From contig CBFHWX010000004.1 of NCBI GenBank assembly GCA_965659445.1, positions 1 to 52,080 of the forward strand: a stretch of 52,080 nucleotides of DNA. Reading direction: 5' to 3'. A model generated the notes under the pieces. The model was given only the letters and a program-made list of their open reading frames with translations. It was not told the origin of the DNA and searched no databases. This DNA comes from Limisphaerales bacterium (GTDB taxonomy: Bacteria > Verrucomicrobiota > Verrucomicrobiia > Limisphaerales > UBA1100). Both the position numbers and the translations under genes were made by a program. Below are positions 1-12,063 of the stretch, piece after piece; position 1 is the first letter of the stretch, and each line of letters begins with the position of its first letter.

Positions 1-474
1 ATAGCTGAAGAGGAAATGGGCGAGTACATTAATGAAGTGCTCGTGCCCATGGAAAAGGTGGTGGAAGTTCGTGGAGGTAAAAAGACAGTGACTCAACGCA
101 AATTATATCCCGGCTACATTTTTATTGATATGCAGCTATATGATGAAGAGCAGCGCCTGCTTGCTCAGCCGTGGGATTTTATTCGCAACACGCAGGGCAT
201 CATTGGTTTCCTTGGGGGCGAACGACCGATTGCTACGCCAATGACAGAGATTGAAGATATCAAGGCCCAGGTGGCTGATTCGGAAGAAACCGAGAAGCCC
301 AAGGTGAATTTTGAGATGGGCGAGGAAGTGAAGATCAACGACGGTCCGTTCCAGAGCTATACCGGCGCGGTGGAAGCGATCGATGCTGAGAGTGGCAAAC
401 TCAAGGTGAACATCGATATTTTCGGCCGGAGTACTCCGGTGGAGTTGGAATACTGGCAGGTGGAAAAACAGTAA
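1..474 (+). CDS. nusG: Transcription termination/antitermination factor NusG (5' truncated by window edge)
   Basis: YPGYIFI NGN motif, C-terminal KOW (GEEVKINDGPF...IFGRSTPVELEY); frame open from base 1; precedes rplK. Confidence 0.97.
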   Translation: MAEEEMGEYINEVLVPMEKVVEVRGGKKTVTQRKLYPGYIFIDMQLYDEEQRLLAQPWDFIRNTQGIIGFLGGERPIATPMTEIEDIKAQVADSEETEKPKVNFEMGEEVKINDGPFQSYTGAVEAIDAESGKLKVNIDIFGRSTPVELEYWQVEKQ

Positions 475-495
475 TCCCCACGGGGAAAATACATA

Positions 496-921
496 ATGGC
501 GAAAAAAGAAATTGGACAAATCAAGTTGCAGATTCCCGGTGGCGATGCCAAGCCGGCGCCGCCTGTGGGCCCCGCGCTCGGCCAGATGGGCGTGCCCATC
601 ATGCCATTTTGTAAAGAATTCAACGCCAAGACGCAGGACATGGCCGGCACCATAATCCCGGTAGTGATCACTGTGTATCAGGATAAATCCTTCACTTTTA
701 TTCTGAAGTCGCCGCCCGCAGCTGAGTTGCTCAAGAAAGCTGCTGGTATTGCCGCTGGTTCAGGCGAGCCAAATAAGGAAAAAGTGGGTCGCGTGACCCA
801 TGCTCAGCTGCTCGAGATTGTGGCTCGGAAAAAAGAAGATCTGAATGCGCACGACCCAGAGATGGCTGCGCGTATCATTGCTGGAACCGCTCGAAGTATG
901 GGTATTGAAGTGGTTAAATGA
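496..921 (+). CDS. rplK: 50S ribosomal protein L11
   Basis: [27 protein letters not shown] motifs. Confidence 0.99.
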   Translation: MAKKEIGQIKLQIPGGDAKPAPPVGPALGQMGVPIMPFCKEFNAKTQDMAGTIIPVVITVYQDKSFTFILKSPPAAELLKKAAGIAAGSGEPNKEKVGRVTHAQLLEIVARKKEDLNAHDPEMAARIIAGTARSMGIEVVK

Positions 922-937
922 TTATTGAACCTAAACC

Positions 938-965
938 GCGGGAGGGCGAAGTCCGTTTGCACCGC
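938..965 (+). promoter_or_regulatory. Probable L1-binding autoregulatory RNA site between rplK and rplA
   Basis: GCGG-GAG-GGC-GAA-GTCC-GTTTGCA-CCGC: outer GCGG/CCGC stem with GGGAG-containing internal loop directly upstream of rplA, matching the known L1 leader architecture. Confidence 0.65.
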
Positions 966-973
966 AAACCATA

Positions 974-1675
974 ATGGCGAGTAAACGATACAAAAAAGCA
1001 CTGGAAACTACTAATGGTGAGGAGATATATCCTTTACCTGATGCATTCGAAATAATGGCGGGTTTCCCCAAGGCTAAATTCGACGAATCTGTAGAGGTTG
1101 CCTTTCGACTGGGAGTGGATCCAAAGCACTCTGAACAGATGGTTCGTGGCACCGTGTCACTGCCGCACGGTAGCGGCAAGCAGGTGACCGTGGTGGCCTT
1201 CGTGGCCGACGGCCCGATCGCTGATGCCGCGCGTGCCGCGGGAGCCGAGCATGTGGGCTTGAAGGAGATTATTGAAAAAGTCGAAGGCGGCTGGACGAAC
1301 TTTGATGTGGCAGTAGCAACTCCGGAAGCCATGAAGCAGGGGGTGGCCAAACTGGGTCGTCAATTGGGTCCACGTGGGCTGATGCCCACGCCCAAGGCTG
1401 GCACAGTGACTGAGGATCTGGCCAAGACGATTACGGAGGTGAAGGGCGGTCGTGTGGAATTTAAAGTGGATAAAACCGCAAATCTCCATGTGCAGGTCGG
1501 CAAATCGAGTTTCACACAGGAGCAACTTGTTGAAAACACCGCCGCGGTTGTAAGTGCTGTACTTAAAGCTAGGCCGGATACAATCAAGGGCACTTATATG
1601 TTATCTGCCTCCGTCTCCGCCACCATGAGTCCGAGCGTGAAATTGGATGTGAAGGAACTAGCGAAACTAGCTTAA
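974..1675 (+). CDS. rplA: 50S ribosomal protein L1
   Basis: KFDESVE, LGVDP, VRGTVSLPHG, LGPRGLMP motifs. Confidence 0.99.
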   Translation: MASKRYKKALETTNGEEIYPLPDAFEIMAGFPKAKFDESVEVAFRLGVDPKHSEQMVRGTVSLPHGSGKQVTVVAFVADGPIADAARAAGAEHVGLKEIIEKVEGGWTNFDVAVATPEAMKQGVAKLGRQLGPRGLMPTPKAGTVTEDLAKTITEVKGGRVEFKVDKTANLHVQVGKSSFTQEQLVENTAAVVSAVLKARPDTIKGTYMLSASVSATMSPSVKLDVKELAKLA

Positions 1676-1688
1676 GGGAGATCGAACC

Positions 1689-2189
1689 ATGCGAGCAGAA
1701 AAACAATTTCTAACTGACGAATACATCGAATGGATCAATGCCTCCCCGTTCTTTATTGTCACAGAGTACACGGGCGTCAGTGTGGCGCATTTTGAGGAGT
1801 TACGCACTCAGTTGCGCGCTGTTGGCGCTGAGATCCACGTGGTGAAAAACTCCGTTTTCCATGCAGCCGCCAAAGAGGCGGGCGTGGTTGATCTCAAAGG
1901 CTCGTTGGCTGGGCAGGTAGCGGTGGTCTTTGGTGAATCCGATATCTCTGCTGCGGCCAAGGCGGTTAAGGATGCCAAGAAGCCGAGGATATGTTTTGGT
2001 TACATGGGCGAGGAACGCCTTGAGGAAGAAGCCGTGCTTCGCCTTGCAGATCTTCCGTCGCTGGATGTGCTGCGAGGGCAATTACTGGGAGTGATCCAGG
2101 CGCCGGCCACACAGTTGGCGCGCGTGATCAACACGCCGGCCTCCATGCTGGCTCGCGCGTTGCAGGCTAAGATTGAGAAAGACAATTAA
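1689..2189 (+). CDS. rplJ: 50S ribosomal protein L10
   Basis: ELRTQLR...VVKNS, LADLPS motifs; synteny. Confidence 0.96.
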   Translation: MRAEKQFLTDEYIEWINASPFFIVTEYTGVSVAHFEELRTQLRAVGAEIHVVKNSVFHAAAKEAGVVDLKGSLAGQVAVVFGESDISAAAKAVKDAKKPRICFGYMGEERLEEEAVLRLADLPSLDVLRGQLLGVIQAPATQLARVINTPASMLARALQAKIEKDN

Positions 2190-2327
2190 CGAACAATAGA
2201 ATTTTGCCGGGCCAGGTGGCCATGGTGATTATGAACCCAATAGTAAATCGTCGGGGCGCGGGCGGCGCACTGAAATTCTTCCAGCCGGGAGGGCGACGAG
2301 ACTACCAACAACAGAAAGAATAAGACA

Positions 2328-2705
2328 ATGGCAGATCTGGATAAAATTGTGGATGAACTGAGCGAGCTGAGCGTTATCGAGGCAGCTGACTTGGTAAAAA
2401 AACTTGAGGACAAATGGGACGTGAGCGCGGCAGCTCCAGCGGCAGCGGTGGCTGTTGCGGCCCCGGGCGGCGGCGAGGCTGCGGAAGAGCAGGACTCCTT
2501 TGACGTGATTCTTGTGGGCGACGGCGGAAAGAAGATCGATTGCATCAAGGCTGTGCGCGCCATCAAGAGTGAGTTGGGACTGAAGGAAGCCAAGGAGCTT
2601 GTGGAAAGCGCTCCAACTCCCCTGCTTGAGGGTGTGAGCAAGGAAGAGGCTGAAGAGACGCAGAAAAAGCTTGAGGCGGCAGGCGCGAAGGTAGAGCTCA
2701 AGTAA
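2328..2705 (+). CDS. rplL: 50S ribosomal protein L7/L12
   Basis: Ala-rich hinge, [27 protein letters not shown]. Confidence 0.99.
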   Translation: MADLDKIVDELSELSVIEAADLVKKLEDKWDVSAAAPAAAVAVAAPGGGEAAEEQDSFDVILVGDGGKKIDCIKAVRAIKSELGLKEAKELVESAPTPLLEGVSKEEAEETQKKLEAAGAKVELK

Positions 2706-2902
2706 CCGGTTTTGTAACTGGCACCGGTGGTAGCGCGTATACTACCGTCGGCAGCCCCGTTTTAATCGGCGGGACGAAAAATAACACGAGTGGTTTGAGG
2801 ATCGCTCCTTTACAGCAGAGTAGAAAATTATTACGGGATCGAGAGAGCCCGAAAACGGGAAAACCCACCGGCGAAGGCTGGCAAAAGTCAAAAATAGGCG
2901 AT

Positions 2903-5900
2903 ATGGCAACGAGTATTACTGAGCGGATCAACTTCAGCAAAATCAATGAGGTCATCGATTTCCCTAACCTGATTGATATTCAGAGCAGATCCTACATTGA
3001 TTTCCTACAAATGGGGGTCGACAAAGCAAAGCGCACGGACGGCGGACTTCAGGCGGTCTTTAAGGATGTGTTTCCCATCGAGAGCTATGATGGGAGTATT
3101 GTTCTGGATTTTTATAGTTATGATATCAAGCCACCCAAGCAAACCTGGCTGGATTCGCTTGAGGATGGTGGCACGTACGGCGCCGCGCTTTATGTGACGT
3201 TCCAACTCAAGGAAGGCAAGAGCGTCAAGGAAGAGGAAGTATTTATGGGCGAGATGCCGCTGATGACGCCGCAGGGTAGCTTTGTAATCAATGGCGCCGA
3301 GCGCGTGATTGTAAGTCAGCTGCACCGTTCGCCTGGTTTGGCTTTTGAAAAGAGCATCCATGCCAACGGAAAAACGCTGCATTCTTACCGCATTATTCCC
3401 GATCGCGGTTCTTGGTTTGAGGCGCAGTTTGATACCAACGACCTGCTGTATGTTTATCTCGATCGCAAGAAGCGCCGTCGCAAGTTTCTCATCACAACCC
3501 TGTTCCGCGCCTTGGGATTCCTCAAGGATGATGGCTCCAAGGGCACTGACCAGGAAATCCTCGATATGTTTTACAACATTGAGGAGCTGACGCTGAAGTC
3601 GGTTGGAAACCGGGATAATCTTGCCGACCTCGTGCTGGTGGAAGACGCCGTGGACGAGGAGAGGGACGTGATCGTGGCGCGTGCATTTGAGCCACTCTCC
3701 AAGGCAGTGCTCAGGCAGCTTGCTGCGGTGGGCCTGAAGAAAATCAGAGTGGTGGATATTTCTGTTGACGAGGGTCTTATCATCAAATGCATGAAGAAAG
3801 ATCCTGCTCACAATGAGGAGGAAGGCTTGAAGGAAATTTATAGCCGTCTGCGCCCAGGCGATCCGCCAACAGTGGCCAACTCCCGTGCGTTGCTGAAGCG
3901 TCTTTTTTTCGACCCGAAGCGTTACGATCTCGGTCGTGTGGGCCGCTACAAAATTTGTCAGAAACTTGGTTTTCAGGATCCGGATGATTCCCGTGTGTTG
4001 ACCAAGAAGGATCTTGCTGAAGCTACGCGTTACCTCCTGAAGCTCAAGCTGGGTGAGGGTGTGCTCGATGATATTGATCACCTTGGTTCCCGCCGCGTTC
4101 GTACTGTGGGAGAGTTGCTCTCCAACCAATGCCGCGTCGGCCTAGCTCGAACAGAGCGTTTGGTGAAGGAGCGTATGACGCTTTTCGACCGAGAAAACGA
4201 CAATATGACACCGGCCAAGCTTGTGAACCCGAAGGCACTCAGCGCGGTGATCCGCGACTTCTTCGGTCGCAGCCAGCTTAGCCAATTCATGGACCAGATC
4301 AATCCGTTGGCGGAAACAACCCACAAACGTCGCCTATCGGCTCTGGGCCCTGGAGGGTTGTCGCGTGAGCGCGCGGGATTTGAAGTACGTGATGTACACC
4401 CCTCCCACTATGGCCGCATTTGTCCTGTGGAAACTCCGGAAGGTCCGAACATCGGCCTGATCGCCTCGCTCGCGACCTTTGCACGGGTGAACGATTTCGG
4501 CTTCATTGAGACCCCCTACCGTAAGGTGGTCAAGGGCCGTGTGACAACAGAGATCGATTACCTGACGGCGGATAGAGAGGAAAATTACACGGTGGCTCAA
4601 GCCAACGCACTGATCAATGACAAGGGTGTGTTTCAAACCGAGTATGTGACCTGCCGATGCAAAGGCGACTTTATTGACGCTGTGCCAAAGGATGTGCATT
4701 ACATGGACGTAAGTCCGAAACAGCTTGTATCCGTGGCTGCTGCGATCATTCCATTCTTGGAACATGACGATGCGAACCGAGCGCTCATGGGCTCGAATAT
4801 GCAGCGTCAGGCCGTGCCGTTGTTGGTTAGTGAGGCACCGTTAGTTGCGACGGGCATGGAACGCCGCTTGGCGGAAGATTCCTGCGCGGTGATGAAATCT
4901 GAAGCGAGCGGCAAAGTAGCCTCCGTGACCGGCGACCGTATCGTAATAACGAAGGACGGTGAGATGCCTGAGGGTAAGCGCAAGTTTAAGCACGATCCTG
5001 AGGCGGGCATGTGGGTTTATACTCTTCGCAAGTTCATGCGATCCAACGCCTCGACCTGCATAAACCAGAAATCTCTGGTGAATAGCGGAGATGTGGTAAG
5101 GGCCGGGCAAGTGATAGCCGACGGCCCAAGCACAGACAAGGGTGAGCTTGCGCTGGGCAAGAATGTGCTTTGCGCGTTCATGCCTTGGAATGGGTATAAC
5201 TTTGAGGACGCTATCGCAATCTCACGACGGATTGTTAAGGATGATGTCTTCACCTCTATTCATGTGTCCGAGTACGAGGTCGCCGCGCGAGATACAAAGC
5301 TCGGACCAGAGGAAATTACGCGCGATATTCCTAATGTAGGCGAGGAATCTCTGGCGGACCTCGGTCCGGACGGTGTGATTCGCGTGGGCGCGGAAGTAAA
5401 GCCCGGCGATATCCTCGTGGGTAAAATTACTCCGAAAAGTGAGACCGAACTGGCTCCCGAAGAACGCCTGCTGCGCGCCATCTTTGGTGAAAAGGCGGCG
5501 GATGTGAAGGATACTTCGCTCAAGGTGCCGAGTGGGACGTACGGTATCGTAATGGACGTGAAAGTTTCCGCAAAGGAAGAAAAGCCTACCAGAGGAAGTT
5601 CTAAGAAAGGCGAGAAACAGGTTGCCGACGATTACAAGAAAAAGCTCGCTGATCTACACGAACAACTTACCGAAGCGCTCTCCAACATCCTACTGGGCGA
5701 GAAGATTCCGCTGGATGTCGTGAATAGTGAGACCGGCGAGATCATTATCCCGTCCAACCGTAAGATCACCAAGACACTGCTGCGCAAGCTGGCGGCGGTT
5801 TATGATCGCATTGAAATCGATCCGTCGCCGATACGCAATAAGATCAACGAAATTCTCGATGCCTTTCGTAAGCGCTTCGATGACATGCAGATGGCACATG

Positions 5901-6766
5901 ACGATGAGTTGCAACGTGTCGAAGCGGGAGTCGATGTTGACCCCGGCTTGGTTAAGAACGTGAAGATTTACGTTGCCTCAAAGCGCAAGCTATCTGTGGG
6001 TGACAAGATGGCTGGCCGGCATGGTAACAAGGGTGTGGTGGCAAAAATTGTTCCCGAAGAAGACATGCCATATCTCAAAGACGGTACACCGGTGGACATT
6101 TGCTTGAATCCGTTGGGCGTGCCTAGCCGGATGAACGTGGGGCAGCTTTTGGAAACGCACTTGGGTTGGGCCGCAAAAATACTCGATCTGCACTTTGCAA
6201 CACCGGTGTTTGATGGCATCAGCGAGAAGGATATCCGCGATTATCTCAACAAGGCGGAGCAGAAACAAAAAGATGCTAATGAACCAGTGCTCGTTGGCGA
6301 AAATGGAAAGGCCTATCTCTATGACGGCCAGACCGGCGAGCGTTTCGATCAGGAAATAGTGGTAGGTTATATTTATATGCTCAAGCTCGGCCACCTCGTG
6401 GCGGACAAAATTCACGCGCGCGCTGTCGGTCCGTATAGTTTGGTCACCCAGCAACCGCTGGGTGGCAAGGCGCAATATGGTGGCCAACGGTTCGGGGAGA
6501 TGGAGGTGTGGGCCATGGAAGCCTATGGCGCCGCCTACACCCTGCAGGAACTGCTGACCGTGAAGTCGGACGACGTGCAAGGCCGTACCCGTATTTACGA
6601 GAGTATCGTGAAGGGCGACAACACGCTGGACGCCGGTATCCCGGAATCGTTCAACGTGCTCGTGAAGGAAATGGAATCACTCTGTCTTGAGGTGAAGGTT
6701 GGCTACTCTAATCCATCGACGGATCGAACCGAAACGGACGACACCCTCGCCGCTCTGGCCAGCTAA
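2903..6766 (+). CDS. rpoB: RNA polymerase beta subunit
   Basis: [30 protein letters not shown] motifs; start placed at ATG 2903 ([11 protein letters not shown]) rather than the TTG at 2795. Confidence 0.99.
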   Translation: MATSITERINFSKINEVIDFPNLIDIQSRSYIDFLQMGVDKAKRTDGGLQAVFKDVFPIESYDGSIVLDFYSYDIKPPKQTWLDSLEDGGTYGAALYVTFQLKEGKSVKEEEVFMGEMPLMTPQGSFVINGAERVIVSQLHRSPGLAFEKSIHANGKTLHSYRIIPDRGSWFEAQFDTNDLLYVYLDRKKRRRKFLITTLFRALGFLKDDGSKGTDQEILDMFYNIEELTLKSVGNRDNLADLVLVEDAVDEERDVIVARAFEPLSKAVLRQLAAVGLKKIRVVDISVDEGLIIKCMKKDPAHNEEEGLKEIYSRLRPGDPPTVANSRALLKRLFFDPKRYDLGRVGRYKICQKLGFQDPDDSRVLTKKDLAEATRYLLKLKLGEGVLDDIDHLGSRRVRTVGELLSNQCRVGLARTERLVKERMTLFDRENDNMTPAKLVNPKALSAVIRDFFGRSQLSQFMDQINPLAETTHKRRLSALGPGGLSRERAGFEVRDVHPSHYGRICPVETPEGPNIGLIASLATFARVNDFGFIETPYRKVVKGRVTTEIDYLTADREENYTVAQANALINDKGVFQTEYVTCRCKGDFIDAVPKDVHYMDVSPKQLVSVAAAIIPFLEHDDANRALMGSNMQRQAVPLLVSEAPLVATGMERRLAEDSCAVMKSEASGKVASVTGDRIVITKDGEMPEGKRKFKHDPEAGMWVYTLRKFMRSNASTCINQKSLVNSGDVVRAGQVIADGPSTDKGELALGKNVLCAFMPWNGYNFEDAIAISRRIVKDDVFTSIHVSEYEVAARDTKLGPEEITRDIPNVGEESLADLGPDGVIRVGAEVKPGDILVGKITPKSETELAPEERLLRAIFGEKAADVKDTSLKVPSGTYGIVMDVKVSAKEEKPTRGSSKKGEKQVADDYKKKLADLHEQLTEALSNILLGEKIPLDVVNSETGEIIIPSNRKITKTLLRKLAAVYDRIEIDPSPIRNKINEILDAFRKRFDDMQMAHDDELQRVEAGVDVDPGLVKNVKIYVASKRKLSVGDKMAGRHGNKGVVAKIVPEEDMPYLKDGTPVDICLNPLGVPSRMNVGQLLETHLGWAAKILDLHFATPVFDGISEKDIRDYLNKAEQKQKDANEPVLVGENGKAYLYDGQTGERFDQEIVVGYIYMLKLGHLVADKIHARAVGPYSLVTQQPLGGKAQYGGQRFGEMEVWAMEAYGAAYTLQELLTVKSDDVQGRTRIYESIVKGDNTLDAGIPESFNVLVKEMESLCLEVKVGYSNPSTDRTETDDTLAALAS

Positions 6767-6795
6767 TTGATTGATAACTCGAAAGGATTTTAAAA

Positions 6796-9700
6796 ATGAA
6801 CAGTACTAACGATTCAGCCCGAGAAATGCTTGGATTGGAACGTGTGAACCTCGTGGACTATGTGCAAGTCTCCGTCGCTTCACCGGAAACCGTCAAACGC
6901 TGGTCCAAGGGCGAGGTGAAAAACCCTGAGACCATCAACTATCGTACCTTCAAGCCGGAGAAAGGCGGCCTATTTTGCGAACGTATCTTCGGCCCGGTGA
7001 AGGACTGGGAATGCTCGTGTGGCAAATATAAGCGGATTAAATACAAGGGTGTGGTGTGCGATCGCTGCGGGGTGGAAGTCACATTAGCTCGCGTTCGCCG
7101 CGAGCGCATGGGTCACATTGACTTGTCTGTGCCCTGCTCTCACATTTGGTTCTTCAAGTGCATGCCTTCCCGTCTCGGCCTGATGCTGGACATGACCGGT
7201 CGCCATTTGGAGCGCGTTATTTACTACGAAGACTATCTCGTGATCGATCCGGGGGATACGCCGCTGGAGCTAAATCAACTTCTTACCGAGACTGAGATGC
7301 GTGAAGCTGTGGAAACCTACGGCCCGAATGAAACTAAGGAAGAAGGTGGCGCGTTCCTTGCCAAAATGGGAGCGGAAGCAGTGCGTGAAGCGCTGGAGCG
7401 GATTGATCTGGATAAGGGCATTGAGGAACTGCATGTGGCCATGACCAAGACACGCAGTAAGCAAATCCGAAAAAAACTTGCCAAGCGTATCAAGCTCTTC
7501 AACGGCTTCAAGGAAACCAATGCGCGCCCTGAGTGGCTGGTACTGTCAGTGTTGCCAGTGATCCCCCCCGACCTGCGGCCGCTCGTGCCGCTGGAAGGCG
7601 GACGGTTTGCGACGTCCGACCTGAATGATTTGTACCGGCGTGTGATCAATCGCAACAACCGTCTGAAAAATCTAATGTTGTTGAAAACCCCCGAAGTCAT
7701 CATCCGCAATGAGAAGCGTATGTTGCAGGAGGCGGTGGATGCATTGTTCGATAATGGTCGCCATGGCCGCGCCGTGACCGGGGCGGGCAACCGTCCACTC
7801 AAGAGTTTGTCGGACATGCTCAAGGGTAAGGGCGGTCGTTTCCGCCAGAACCTGCTTGGCAAGCGCGTGGATTACTCCGGTCGCTCGGTGATCGTCATCG
7901 GTCCGGAGCTGAAGCTTAATCAATGCGGCCTGCCCAAGAAGATGGCGCTTGTGTTGTTCGAGCCGTTTATCATCCGGCGCCTCAAGGAACTCGGTTATGT
8001 GCACACGGTGCGCTCGGCTAAAAAACTGATTGAAAAACAAACACCCGAAGTGTGGGACGTTTTGGAAGAGGTCACCCAAGGGCATCCGGTATTACTCAAC
8101 CGCGCTCCCACGCTGCACCGCCTTTCGGTGCAGGCTTTTGAGCCGGTGCTGATTGAAGGCGAGGCGATCCGTGTGCACCCGCTGGTTTGTACCGCGTATA
8201 ATGCTGACTTTGATGGTGACCAGATGGCCGTGCACTTGCCGCTTTCGGTTGAGGCACAGATGGAAGCGCGCATGCTTATGCTTGCGCCTAACAACATTTA
8301 CAGCCCGTCCAGCGGTAAGCCGGTTATGACCCCGACGCAGGATATCACATTAGGTTGCTTCTATCTCACGGCAAATCCGCGCCAGAAGCGTTCGAAAAAG
8401 GCCAAGAAGGATAAACGTACACCGTTGTTTGGCAGCATGGATGAGGTGTTTTTCGCTCTGGACGAGAAGGATATCGATCACCACACGAAGATTCGTTACG
8501 CCAATCCGGATCGCGGACGGGAAACGGTGTATGGTGACAGTGAGGCGGTTGTGATTGAAACCACTGCGGGTCGCGTCGTGTTCAGTGAAATTTGGCCTGA
8601 GGAACTAGGCTTTTCTAACTTTGAAGTTGCCAAGGGCAAGCTCGGCGAATTGATTGGCAATTCCTACAAGTATGCCGGTCAAAAGAAAACCGTGGTGACC
8701 CTTGATAAACTCAAGGAGCTCGGTTTCACAGAAGCGACTAAGGCAGGCGTTTCGATTGGGATCGATGACATGATCATTCCGCCCGAGAAAAACGAAGAAA
8801 TCAAGACGGCTCACAAGCAAATTGAAGATGTGGAAAAGCAGTATCGGAAGGGTGTGATCACGCCAGGTGAGCGTTACAATAAGATCATCGATATTTGGAC
8901 GAACGCGACGGATAAAATTTCCAACGTGATGCTCCAGACACTGGAAGAAAATCAGGGCAAGGACGAGTTTAACCCCGTCGCGCTCATGGTGGATTCCGGA
9001 GCGCGAGGTAATCGCCAACAGGTGCGACAGCTTGCCGGCGTACGCGGTTTGATGGCCAAGCCGAGCGGCGATATCATTGAGAAACCGATTCTATCAAACT
9101 TCCGCGAGGGACTGACCGTATTGGAGTACTTCATTTCCACGCATGGAGCACGCAAGGGTCTGGCGGATACCGCGCTCAAGACGGCCGACTCCGGCTACAT
9201 GACCCGCAAGCTGGTGGACGTGGCCCAGGACGTAATCATTCGTGAAAACGATTGTGGCACGACCAACGGGATTTCACTTGAAGCGGTTTTTGAGGGAGAA
9301 GAGGAAGTCGTGCACTTAGCAACCCGCCTCGTAGGTCGTCACGCCTGTGATGATATCCTTAATCCGATCAACCCGGATGAGAAATTGGTGGAGGCCGGGA
9401 AGGAAATATTTGAGGTGGCCGCGCAGAAGATTGAGGATGTGGGCTTGGACAGGATAAAGGTGCGCTCGGTGCTCACCTGCGAGATTCGTAATGGTGTTTG
9501 CGCCAGTTGTTATGGTCGCAACCTTGCCACGAGCCAGCCAGCCCAGCACGGCGAGGCGGTGGGTATCATTGCCGCGCAGTCCATTGGCGAGCCAGGAACG
9601 CAGCTCACGATGCGCACCTTCCACATTGGCGGAACGGCTTCAGCAGTTTTCAAGGAACCGGAAATCAAAGCCAAAGAGGGTGGCGTGGTCAGGTATGAAG

Positions 9701-10968
9701 GTCTGCGTGTCGTGGACCTGAAGGATGGTAGTCACATTGTCCTGAACAAGAATGGCCGGGTATCGATCCACGATTCCAAGACTGATAAGGAACTTGAGGA
9801 TTACGATATCCCGATTGGTGCCGTGATCTCCATCGCTGATGGCGACAAGGTGAGAAAGGGCGTAACCTTTGTGAGATGGGATCCATACAATGTGCCGATT
9901 CTGTCCGAAAAAGCCGGAAAGATTCGTTTCCACGACATTATTGCAGGAGTGACGATGGATGAGGAAGTAGATCCGACCACCGGTCAGGACTCGGTGGTGA
10001 TCATTGAGCACAAGGAGGATTTGCATCCGCAAATCGTCGTGGAAGACAAAACTGGTCATGCAGTGGCAAACTATCCGATCCCATCCGGCGCCCATGTGCA
10101 GGTGGATGAGAATGACAAGATTGGCGCCGGTACGCTCCTCGCCAAGACGCCGCGCAAGACTTCCAAGACCAAGGATATCACCGGCGGTTTGCCACGAGTG
10201 TCCGAATTGTTTGAGGCGCGCCAACCGAAGGATGCTGCCGAGATTGCAAAGATTGATGGTGTGCTCGATTTCGGCTCCATTGTTCGCGGCAAGCGTCAGG
10301 TAATTGTTCGTGATGAGGAAACGGGTGATGAGGAGGAGCACCTCGTGGCAATTGGCAAGCATTGTATCGTCTTTAAGGGCGATCGAGTAAAGAAAGGTCA
10401 GCAGTTGACTGAGGGCCCGATCTTGCCGCACGACATCCTTGAGATTCTCGGAGCGCAGGAATTGCAAGCCTTTCTCGTGAACGAGGTTCAGGAAGTGTAT
10501 CGACTACAAGGTGTGACGATCAGCGACAAGCATATCGAGATGATAGTGCGCCAAATGCTACGAAAGGTGCGCGTCACCGAGGCTGGTGATACCACCTTCC
10601 TGTGGGGAGAGCAGATTGACAAGGTTACCTTCGAGATAGAAAACGAACGCGTGGAAAAAATGGGTGGGCAACCGGCCGAGGCGAGCCCCGTGCTGCTCGG
10701 CATCACTAAAGCCTCTATCGAGACAGAAAGTTTTCTGTCCGCCGCGTCATTTCAGGACACCACGCGTGTGCTTACCGAGGCGGCTACATTGGGGAAAAAG
10801 GACACGTTGCGTGGCTTCAAGGAAAACGTGATTATGGGTCACATTATTCCGGCAGGCACCGGTTTTGATGGTCACCGCAATCTGGAACTTCAGCCGCAGG
10901 TAGATCCCATAGAGGTGGAAGAAACCGCTAATCCGTTGCTGGAGGAAAGCGAGCCGCTGGTAGGGTAA
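6796..10968 (+). CDS. rpoC: RNA polymerase beta' subunit
   Basis: NADFDGD catalytic motif, N-terminal Zn finger, TQLTMRTFH. Confidence 0.99.
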   Translation: MNSTNDSAREMLGLERVNLVDYVQVSVASPETVKRWSKGEVKNPETINYRTFKPEKGGLFCERIFGPVKDWECSCGKYKRIKYKGVVCDRCGVEVTLARVRRERMGHIDLSVPCSHIWFFKCMPSRLGLMLDMTGRHLERVIYYEDYLVIDPGDTPLELNQLLTETEMREAVETYGPNETKEEGGAFLAKMGAEAVREALERIDLDKGIEELHVAMTKTRSKQIRKKLAKRIKLFNGFKETNARPEWLVLSVLPVIPPDLRPLVPLEGGRFATSDLNDLYRRVINRNNRLKNLMLLKTPEVIIRNEKRMLQEAVDALFDNGRHGRAVTGAGNRPLKSLSDMLKGKGGRFRQNLLGKRVDYSGRSVIVIGPELKLNQCGLPKKMALVLFEPFIIRRLKELGYVHTVRSAKKLIEKQTPEVWDVLEEVTQGHPVLLNRAPTLHRLSVQAFEPVLIEGEAIRVHPLVCTAYNADFDGDQMAVHLPLSVEAQMEARMLMLAPNNIYSPSSGKPVMTPTQDITLGCFYLTANPRQKRSKKAKKDKRTPLFGSMDEVFFALDEKDIDHHTKIRYANPDRGRETVYGDSEAVVIETTAGRVVFSEIWPEELGFSNFEVAKGKLGELIGNSYKYAGQKKTVVTLDKLKELGFTEATKAGVSIGIDDMIIPPEKNEEIKTAHKQIEDVEKQYRKGVITPGERYNKIIDIWTNATDKISNVMLQTLEENQGKDEFNPVALMVDSGARGNRQQVRQLAGVRGLMAKPSGDIIEKPILSNFREGLTVLEYFISTHGARKGLADTALKTADSGYMTRKLVDVAQDVIIRENDCGTTNGISLEAVFEGEEEVVHLATRLVGRHACDDILNPINPDEKLVEAGKEIFEVAAQKIEDVGLDRIKVRSVLTCEIRNGVCASCYGRNLATSQPAQHGEAVGIIAAQSIGEPGTQLTMRTFHIGGTASAVFKEPEIKAKEGGVVRYEGLRVVDLKDGSHIVLNKNGRVSIHDSKTDKELEDYDIPIGAVISIADGDKVRKGVTFVRWDPYNVPILSEKAGKIRFHDIIAGVTMDEEVDPTTGQDSVVIIEHKEDLHPQIVVEDKTGHAVANYPIPSGAHVQVDENDKIGAGTLLAKTPRKTSKTKDITGGLPRVSELFEARQPKDAAEIAKIDGVLDFGSIVRGKRQVIVRDEETGDEEEHLVAIGKHCIVFKGDRVKKGQQLTEGPILPHDILEILGAQELQAFLVNEVQEVYRLQGVTISDKHIEMIVRQMLRKVRVTEAGDTTFLWGEQIDKVTFEIENERVEKMGGQPAEASPVLLGITKASIETESFLSAASFQDTTRVLTEAATLGKKDTLRGFKENVIMGHIIPAGTGFDGHRNLELQPQVDPIEVEETANPLLEESEPLVG

Positions 10969-10980
10969 CAATTTTCCCAG

Positions 10981-11060
10981 AAAAGCATTAATTAGTTCCT
11001 GTAAAAAAGTGCATAAAAAGTAATAAAACTAGTTGCACTGAGAGTAACCTTTGCTATTAT
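10981..11060 (+). promoter_or_regulatory. Sigma70-type promoter of the str operon
   Basis: TTGCAC (11033-11038), 16-bp spacer, extended -10 TGcTATTAT (11052-11060), preceded by an A/T-rich UP-like tract. Confidence 0.65.
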
Positions 11061-11122
11061 CCCGCCCCCGTTTGCCAAATTGCAGCGGGGTATGTGTATT
11101 TTTGCAAGGTATTCCTAGACAA

Positions 11123-11506
11123 ATGCCAACGATAAATCAATTGGTTCGTAAGGGACGGAAAAAGACGAAGGAGAAGTCTACTTCTCCGGCGTTGCAAAAT
11201 TGTCCCTTCCGCCAGGGTGTGTGCCTTCAGGTGTATACCCGGACGCCGAAGAAGCCGAACTCCGCCATGCGGAAGGTTGCAAAGGTACGCCTTACCAACG
11301 GCTTTGAGGTCATTGCCTACATCCCGGATGAAGGCCACAGTCTCCAGGAGCACAGTATCGTGCTCATCCGGGGAGGACGGGTGAAGGATTTGCCCGGCGT
11401 ACGTTACCATGTGGTGAGAGGTCAGCGCGACGCCGTCGGCGTGGAGACTCGCCGTGTCAGTCGTTCCAAGTACGGAGTGAAGCGCCCGAAGGCTGGGAAG
11501 AAATAA
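11123..11506 (+). CDS. rpsL: 30S ribosomal protein S12
   Basis: [12 protein letters not shown] start, [18 protein letters not shown]. Confidence 0.99.
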   Translation: MPTINQLVRKGRKKTKEKSTSPALQNCPFRQGVCLQVYTRTPKKPNSAMRKVAKVRLTNGFEVIAYIPDEGHSLQEHSIVLIRGGRVKDLPGVRYHVVRGQRDAVGVETRRVSRSKYGVKRPKAGKK

Positions 11507-11522
11507 ACGTAATATCATTTAT

Positions 11523-11993
11523 ATGTCACGAAGACGCAGAGCCGTTAAGCGAGAGATTCACCCGGATGCCAAGTTTGGTAGCCGGTTGGTAGGTCGCTTG
11601 ATGAATATCGTGATGCAGCGGGGTAAGCACAGTGTCGCCCAAGGCATCGTTTACGGTGCGTTTGAGCAGATGGAAGAGAAACAGGGCGGTCACGCCTTGG
11701 AAATCCTTGAGCGAGCCGTTGAAAACATCAAGCCGCGTCTAGAGGTGAAGAGCCGGCGTGTGGGTGGAGCCACCTATCAAGTGCCTTTGGAAGTTTCCGG
11801 CGACCGATCCGAGGCGCTGGCGTTACGTTGGATGGTCGGGTTTGCCAAGTCCCGTAAAGGCACGCCAATGCGTCAGGCGTTGGCTAAGGAAATTCTCGAG
11901 GCATACGAAGGGGAAGGAGGATCTGTCCGCCGCCGCGACGAAATGCACCGAATGGCACAGGCTAACAAGGCCTTCGCCCATTTCCGTTGGTAA
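11523..11993 (+). CDS. rpsG: 30S ribosomal protein S7
   Basis: SRRVGGATYQVP, HRMAQANKAFAHFRW. Confidence 0.99.
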   Translation: MSRRRRAVKREIHPDAKFGSRLVGRLMNIVMQRGKHSVAQGIVYGAFEQMEEKQGGHALEILERAVENIKPRLEVKSRRVGGATYQVPLEVSGDRSEALALRWMVGFAKSRKGTPMRQALAKEILEAYEGEGGSVRRRDEMHRMAQANKAFAHFRW

Positions 11994-12011
11994 AATATTT
12001 TGACAAGAAAC

Positions 12012-12044
12012 CGTCCCGAGCGATGCGAATCTCGGGGCGTTTTT
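12012..12044 (+). terminator. Terminator-like hairpin between rpsG and fusA
   Basis: CGTCCCGAG / CTCGGGGCG stem (G-U allowed) followed by TTTTT. Confidence 0.5.
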
Positions 12045-12063
12045 AGTCTACATACAAGTAATA

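Noticed and set aside
2795-2902. 36-aa N-terminal extension of RpoB in the ORF track
   Set aside because: Arises from an upstream TTG; RpoB-like sequence begins at ATG 2903 and the region looks like a structured leader. Similar over-extensions were trimmed for rpsL, rpsC, rplE, rpsN, rpsM and rpsD.
3005-4129. Long antisense ORFs opposite rpoB, rpoC, fusA and r-protein genes
   Set aside because: Typical shadow ORFs caused by codon bias of highly expressed genes; no recognisable motifs
4255-4360. Substitutions in the RpoB rifampicin-binding region (GRSQ, PLAE)
   Set aside because: Key Gln, Asp, His and Ser contact positions are retained, so there is no support for intrinsic resistance
2903-10968. 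Possible inteins or introns in rpoB/rpoC
   Set aside because: Lengths are ordinary and no intein or homing endonuclease motifs were seen
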